Source: SAR86 cluster bacterium SAR86B (GTDB taxonomy: Bacteria > Pseudomonadota > Gammaproteobacteria > Magnimaribacterales > D2472). Taken from it: DNA of 64,000 nucleotides. The notes below the pieces were generated by a model. The model made no database searches. It saw nothing but the letters and a program-made list of their open reading frames with translations, and was not told where the DNA came from. The stretch lies in assembly GCA_905182885.1 (NCBI GenBank), contig CAJJCW010000002.1, positions 212,869-276,868 of the forward strand, read 5' to 3'. Every line of letters begins with the position of its first letter. The first letter of the stretch is position 1. Positions 59,003 to 64,000 of this stretch are shown here, one piece after another. The position numbers were made by a program, and so were the translations under genes.

Positions 59003-59535
59003 ATGGCAAAATTTATAAAATCAAAGTTTAGAGTTATATGGGGAACAGTATTTAGTTTCTTTTATGGCATATTTGCTACAGATATCTCTGCTCAAGAAGC
59101 TGAAGATAATGCAAATGACGAACAGGGTCTTCAGTAGAAGAAGAAGCAAAAGAGAAAGCATTAGATCCAGGAGCAATTGCTGCTGCTGTAGCTGCTGCTG
59201 CTGCTCTACTTGCTGCTGCGATATGCCAACCGGCTCCGACTCCTGCACCAACACCGGCTCCGACTCCTGCACCAACACCGGCTCCGACTCCTGCACCAAC
59301 ACCGGCTCCGACTCCTGCACCAACACCGGCTCCGACTCCTGCACCAACACCGGCTCCGACTCCTGCACCAACACCGGCTCCGACTCCTGCACCAACACCG
59401 GCTCCGACTCCTGCACCAACACCGGCTCCGACTCCTGCACCAACACCGGCTCCGACTCCTGCACCAACACCGGCTACACGACTCCTGCACAAGCACAAGC
59501 ACAGCGACTCCTGCTACACAGGCACTAGCACATAG
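59003..59535 (+). other. secreted low-complexity Ala/Pro/Thr repeat protein gene, frame-interrupted (signal-peptide ORF 59003..59137; repeat frame 59119..59535)
   Basis: AGGTG lies 7 nt before the ATG at 59003, which opens [44 protein letters not shown]-stop. The frame one base back continues [32 protein letters not shown](PAPTPAPT)x10. That frame has no ATG, GTG or TTG. Confidence 0.55.
59230..59469 (+). repeat. ten perfect tandem copies of a 24-bp unit, CCGGCTCCGACTCCTGCACCAACA
   Basis: Counted directly. Units start at 59230 and every 24 nt up to 59446. An eleventh, degenerate unit starts at 59470. The tract is preceded by an imperfect GCT trinucleotide run (59178..59219). Confidence 0.95.
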
Positions 59536-59548
59536 AACTACGTACTAT

Positions 59549-59578
59549 AAAAATAGCGGGTTTACCCGCTATTTTTTT
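59549..59578. terminator. bidirectional intrinsic terminator hairpin
   Basis: AAAAATAGCGGG-TTTA-CCCGCTATTTTTT. The core stem is 8 bp and extendable through the A/T tracts, with an A-run on one side and a T-run on the other. It lies between the convergent repeat-protein gene and the yjbH-like gene. Confidence 0.7.
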
Positions 59579-59714
59579 GCCTATTAGATTCTCAACGGGC
59601 TTGAGTAGATAAAACCTTCTAATAGAAAGTTATTAAATAAGAGTCTTGTTTAGTAGTAATACAGAAACTTTAGCTTGATACATGGTGTATAAACTACATT
59701 TTTAGCTTGAGAGC

Positions 59715-61824
59715 CTATCTCCAGCCTTGTCTAAGCTCATTTAAGGATGAGTTATAGATAAGACCCCTAAGATCTTTATCAAACTCTAACTTGGCTCCAC
59801 CATCTCTAGTTAAGGGCGATAATTTAAAGTTACTATAGCCACCTTTATAATCTTTTGAAAATAGATCCATAGGTATCTGGAAGTAAAATCCCTTATCAAA
59901 ACTACCTTCACCAAATAACTCTGCAGAAACATTGGTTCTGGTAAAATATATACCAGCTTTAAACCCGGATTTTGTTCTTCTAGAAAGATCAAATGTAAAA
60001 CCGTCGTCTTTGGCGAGATACCTGCCATAACTTATATTTGACTCTATTCCCATTGGGAGTAAGTAACCTAGATTGAGGTGAGCAGTTGTTGTTTTATATT
60101 TTCTAAATTTAAAAGTTTGGTCATACCCTCTTTGTTTAACGTAAAAACCTTCAAAACTTATATTAAAGTTACTATTGAAAGGTCTTATATAAGACTTGGC
60201 CTCCAAAACCACCAAACATACTCTCAAATATACCGCCGCTTACCTTTGCGTATAAATCTTTTCTAGGTGACCAAATATAGTCAAGCTGCAGTCTTTTAAT
60301 ATAAAGATTAGCATTTTTAAGATATTGAACTTTATCAGTCCTAACGTGCTCCATTTTAGAGGCAGGGCCTGAAATAGTATCTTTAAAATTATTATATAAG
60401 GAGTAGTTAATCTCTGAGGAAAGTAAAAGACTTCTATTAAATTGAATTTCAGCAGTATTCTGAAGGTCTAAGCCCCAAAAATAAAATTTCTCAGGATTTC
60501 CAATATTACTTACCAATGACGGGCTAAAAGATGAAAAGACAGCTGGAAACTTTACACTTGGTTGAAATTCATGATTTTTATAACTATTTTTATTCCCTGA
60601 ATCAAGCTTTGTGTATCTTTCTATAATCTCTATAGGAGTATCTTTACTGCTATCAAGATGATTGGCAATATAAGTTATATTATTTAACTCAACCCCTGCA
60701 TTGATATGGCTAATATTAATTTGGCTTAGATTGATATTGTGATCTCTAGATACTTTGCTTGCTATAGAGCCAGCATAAGACGAAGATCTAATAGCATTCC
60801 TATGCTGCGAAGTTGATATAGAAATATCTAGTTTTTCTTTGGAGAGTGAAGCTGTTTGTAATAATAAATTATTGTTATTAAGGTTGTGTAATAAATCCTC
60901 ATAGAAAACCATCTCTGATTTATCATCATTTTCTCTTGTTTTTATAGTTGGTTTAAATTTTGGTTTACTTCGAAGCTTTCCGTTAAATGTTGCTCCGATA
61001 GTGAAAGCTAAGATTAAAAGTATTACCTTTAATATAGGAAGCATCGATAGTTAGAAACTCTCTAACTGGATAGCTAAAACCTATATTTATATCAGAATCT
61101 TTCTTTCTTAGCTCGTAAATAGCATCGCTTCTGTTTTGTGCAGAAAAATCAAAGTAATCATATGGGTCATACTCCACCTTCATACTCAACCCTTTGACTT
61201 TAGGAAAGAAATACTCAACCCCTCCAAACATAGCTGCATTACCCCTAAACCATTTATCATAGGAAGGTGTTCCACCTAGTCATAATTATCAGATACTAAA
61301 GGTCGGATATCAAGACTATCAGATAAAAAAGATAACGGGTTCTCAAAATTATTACTTCCAACAAATTTACCCCAGCCCATTCCAAGAGAAATTTTTATAT
61401 CTCTTAATTCTTGAGTTGCAACAATATACTCTCTAGTGAAAAATCCTGTTCCTGCAAAATCATCTAAGCCAATAGCCAAATGAGGTAGGTTATTATTTTT
61501 TGGTTTATATTTAAACTTTACATTAAATCCTTTATCTAAATAATGACCTGCAACATTATTGCCTCCCATTCAAATCAGAAGGTCTGTAGTAAAAATAACT
61601 AGCTTCAAGCCAATCAAATGGAGATACGGACAAGGTACCAAATTTCCAAATATCATTTTTATTAAAGGTAAAAGAAACCGTCCCTTCTTTTTTAGAATCT
61701 GCTGTGGGTGTTTGTATTAATCCAACCTGTCCAAATGAATTATATGAGGAACCAAGCCCCTCATAGTCGTCTGAATAATTAGCACTAAGTGAAAGAGTAA
61801 AAATTAATGAAAAAAAAATCTCAT
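59715..61824 (-). pseudogene. yjbH: YjbH/GfcD-family (DUF940) outer-membrane exopolysaccharide protein gene broken into at least five frame segments
   Basis: Segments: SFGQVGLIQTPTA...(61559..61821); YLDKGFNVKFKY..LPHLAIGLDDFAGTGFFTREYIVA (61276..61569); FRGNAAMFGGVEYFFP...GNTFNLSF (60983..61275); the middle domain (60172..61044); ...RPFNSNFNISFEG...FGEGSFDKGFYFQIPMDLF...LSPLTRDGGAKL (59715..60227). Their order is colinear with E. coli YjbH as I remember it. Confidence 0.8.
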
Positions 61825-61831
61825 TTTTTTT

Positions 61832-63595
61832 CTATTTATTATCTAGAACAGATAAAGACGTAATGCTTAATGCTAAAGCACTTACAATTGGAGCCCATAT
61901 TGACGCCACAAGAGCTGGATCTCTTGAGAGTACCTCTCTAGGTATGTAAATAACACTGCCTGGATAGATTAAAACATCATTGCCTCTTTTATTTATAAAA
62001 GATAATCTAGAAGTGTTTTGTAATCTATTCAACTCACCATTGGGATGCACTACAAAAATATTTGTATTATCTGCACTTTCTAATGTACCTCCAGAAGACA
62101 CTAAGTAATCCTGAATGCTTTGTCCTGGCTTATATCTAATTGCTCCTGGATTATTTACCTCACCAAAAATATAAATCTGCTGTGTGCTTATAGGAATTAT
62201 TACACTATCACCATCTTCAAGATTGGTATCAAGCTCTGGGATGGCGTTAATAACATCAATATCAAATTCAGCCATTATCCTTCCAGATATAGTAGATTTT
62301 TTTAGTTCTGCAAGAATAAATGGAAGAGATTCAGAGGCAAATAATGCATCTCCTTTACTAATTAATTTTTGAACAAAAGAGGTATATAGCTTATCTACTG
62401 CTGCGGCATTAATAGCTTCAGCCCTCTTATTATTTAGAACTCCTCCGAATGGATAAGCATCATCCTTATATCCCTCTGCTTTCTCTATTAAAGAAGATAG
62501 GGTCTCACCTCTTGAAATAACATATGTGCCAGGAGTATTTACAGCCCCTGAAATAGTTACACTCTTACGAACATAAGACCTAACATTCAAACGATCACCA
62601 GAAACAGGTTTTATTGAAGATAAATCTTTTACATCAGATATGTATATAAATTCAACCTCATCCTTATTAAGCCTCTCCACTCTCAATGTATCAATATCTG
62701 CAGATGGAGAAAACCCATTGCCATAAGCGAATAAGTCGGAGTAATATTCATCAGGAGTTAATTCATAAACACCTGGTCTCTTAACTGCTCCAGAGATAGT
62801 AACAAGATCATTGCTAGGTTTTATCAAAATACTATCACCAGATCTTAATCTCTGACCAAAACCTGATTTGCCATGAATGAAAATATCATACAAATCTATT
62901 GTATTAATAACTGTATCATCGCGAATGAGCTCAATTTTTCTATAGCTACCCTTTTCATCTATTCCTCCAGCCATACTAAGAGCATGAAGAAGGTTTGAGT
63001 TACCATTTAATGTATATATTCCAGGATTATATGCATTGCCTGTAATTAAGACCTGTATATCTCTTATGTTTACTAGAGATACAAATGCCTCTATTCCTAT
63101 GTATGCATTAGCAATCTTACCTTTAATTAAAGAGCTCACCTCATCCAAAGATAGACCTGCAACTGATATTTTCCCTATTTCTGGGATATTAATAGACCCG
63201 TCCCTTTTAATAGATAACTTTTCAATCGAGTTTTTTTGACCAATTAGTTGTATCTCTAAGGTGTCTCCAAAGTCTAGGATATATGAACTATCAAAATTAG
63301 GTTCATTTATAGGCATAAATGATGTTTGCATCATATCAAATATCTGAGCTCCAAATCTATTTGACTTAGGAATACAATCATCAGCATCAGTATCAGCATC
63401 AGAGCAATAATTTTTATTAATCATTGACGAAGGTCTTCTATAAACAGGCTTATCAAGCTCTTCACGATCAGTCATCTTTTCCAGAACGTCATTTCTAACA
63501 CTCTCAGGAAGACTTGCTAGATATGCCTCATCTAACTCTTGAGAATGGAGACCTGCTGACGCTAAAAGTAGTGCAGATAAGAATATTTTTTTCAT
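61832..63595 (-). CDS. outer-membrane polysaccharide export protein (OPX; Wza/KpsD family)
   Basis: Signal peptide, Poly_export-type N-domain (YILDFGDTLEIQLIG...DGSINIPEIGKISVAGLSLDE), repeated SLBB-like modules and a hydrophobic C-terminal helix. Confidence 0.85.
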   Translation of the reverse strand: MKKIFLSALLLASAGLHSQELDEAYLASLPESVRNDVLEKMTDREELDKPVYRRPSSMINKNYCSDADTDADDCIPKSNRFGAQIFDMMQTSFMPINEPNFDSSYILDFGDTLEIQLIGQKNSIEKLSIKRDGSINIPEIGKISVAGLSLDEVSSLIKGKIANAYIGIEAFVSLVNIRDIQVLITGNAYNPGIYTLNGNSNLLHALSMAGGIDEKGSYRKIELIRDDTVINTIDLYDIFIHGKSGFGQRLRSGDSILIKPSNDLVTISGAVKRPGVYELTPDEYYSDLFAYGNGFSPSADIDTLRVERLNKDEVEFIYISDVKDLSSIKPVSGDRLNVRSYVRKSVTISGAVNTPGTYVISRGETLSSLIEKAEGYKDDAYPFGGVLNNKRAEAINAAAVDKLYTSFVQKLISKGDALFASESLPFILAELKKSTISGRIMAEFDIDVINAIPELDTNLEDGDSVIIPISTQQIYIFGEVNNPGAIRYKPGQSIQDYLVSSGGTLESADNTNIFVVHPNGELNRLQNTSRLSFINKRGNDVLIYPGSVIYIPREVLSRDPALVASIWAPIVSALALSITSLSVLDNK

Positions 63596-63870
63596 TAGTT
63601 TATGTTCTCTTTTATTTTATTTGAAGGTTTAAAATTTAATTTATTTAGTTCAGGTATTATATACGAATCTTGTGTTTTTGGGTTCCTGCCAAGGCGTTCA
63701 GGAGTTTTCTTAAAGCTAAAAGAACCAAAACCACTTAATTTAACTAATCTTGATTTAGATTTATTTTTTATTAATAATAAGAATGATTCCAATATGCTTG
63801 TTGCATCTCCAGCAGAAACTAAAGATTTTTTGCTTATATTTTTTATTATATTGGTCTTACTAAAATTCAT
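63595..63870 (-). CDS. ihfA: integration host factor alpha subunit (HU/IHF family)
   Basis: VKLSGFGSF...RLGRNPKT motif. It lies directly downstream of a pheT-like 3-prime end, as in E. coli pheST-ihfA. Confidence 0.8.
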   Translation of the reverse strand: MNFSKTNIIKNISKKSLVSAGDATSILESFLLLIKNKSKSRLVKLSGFGSFSFKKTPERLGRNPKTQDSYIIPELNKLNFKPSNKIKENIN

Positions 63871-63878
63871 ATATCTAT

Positions 63879-64000
63879 TTACATTCCTGGAATTGAAATT
63901 CCTTCAATTCTTAGAGATTGGCTCACAATATCATTATAAACTAATTCAATTTCAGCTGAGTTCAAGGTTGTTTTTTTGGATTGAAAAACAAATCTAAATC
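63879..64000 (-). CDS. pheT: phenylalanine-tRNA ligase beta subunit, C-terminal fragment (the gene continues beyond the window)
   Basis: My own translation is FRFVFQSKKTTLNSAEIELVYNDIVSQSLRIEGISIPGM-stop. It resembles the FDX-ACB domain end (..AF.L.FQS.ERTL.D.E..). Only about 40 aa are visible. Confidence 0.5.
   Translation of the reverse strand, partial: FRFVFQSKKTTLNSAEIELVYNDIVSQSLRIEGISIPGM

Noticed and set aside
59119-59137. Programmed ribosomal frameshifting as the explanation for the split genes (the repeat protein, arsC-like, esterase and others).
   Set aside because: I saw no slippery heptamer (X XXY YYZ) or obvious downstream structure at any junction. The lesions differ in direction and context. 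Error or mutation is the simpler explanation.
59230-59469. Possible CRISPR array.
   Set aside because: The 24-bp units are directly abutting with no spacers, and there are no cas genes in the window. It is a coding tandem repeat.
59021-59502. Minus-strand ORFs across the repeat tract: (LVQESEPV)n, (GVGA)n and (RSRSRCWC)n.
   Set aside because: They exist only because a perfect 24-bp repeat is open in all frames. None has a convincing start context or N-terminal signal. The plus strand has an SD sequence, an ATG, a signal peptide and a downstream terminator.
59064-59587. Plus-strand alternative frames through the repeat ([16 protein letters not shown]... and [10 protein letters not shown]...).
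   Set aside because: Their composition is implausible (Cys-rich, or Arg/Leu/His periodic), they lack a signal peptide, and one reads through the terminator hairpin. The PAPT frame is the biologically familiar linker-type sequence.

Overview
AT-rich, densely packed bacterial chromosome segment (about 65 genes, short or overlapping intergenic gaps). It has no rRNA, tRNA, CRISPR, integrase or transposase that I could recognise. Gene order such as pheT-ihfA and guaB-guaA fits a streamlined marine proteobacterium, but I cannot assign taxonomy from sequence alone.

Main content, in order:
- pyrD (partial), a rhomboid protease and nadK.
- Two separate pairs of adjacent acyl-CoA dehydrogenases.
- An Atu/Liu-like acyl-CoA carboxylase cluster: carboxyltransferase, biotin carboxylase, an embedded TetR gene, AtuA/DUF1446, crotonase and two ACADs.
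- A secreted three-domain MsrA / CPYC thioredoxin-fold / MsrB protein.
- prc, xthA, tadA and a DmdA-like GcvT-family aminomethyltransferase.
- A small overlapping kinase plus nucleotidyltransferase pair.
- A LysR-associated lipid-activation cluster including a FATP-type acyl-CoA synthetase.
- A long minus-strand run: fumC-phhB-queC-queE-guaB-guaA, followed by eight tightly spaced hydrolase, SDR, membrane and methyltransferase genes.
- phrB.
- A cell-envelope/polysaccharide region: a WecA-family transferase with a large loop insertion, a TerB-like gene, a type-B carboxylesterase, a (PAPT)n repeat protein, a YjbH/GfcD-like gene and a Wza/KpsD-like exporter.

The most unusual sequence-level signals are two. 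First, ten perfect 24-bp tandem repeats sit in a GC-rich island and encode (PAPT)n in a frame that has no start codon. Second, there are at least ten reading-frame disruptions, mostly between 53.9 and 61.8 kb, but one also hits the normally essential tadA. These are therefore either assembly or consensus errors, or real decay or phase variation of a surface-polysaccharide locus.

I found no clearly new multi-gene system that I can prove from sequence. The candidates are listed as hypotheses with tests.
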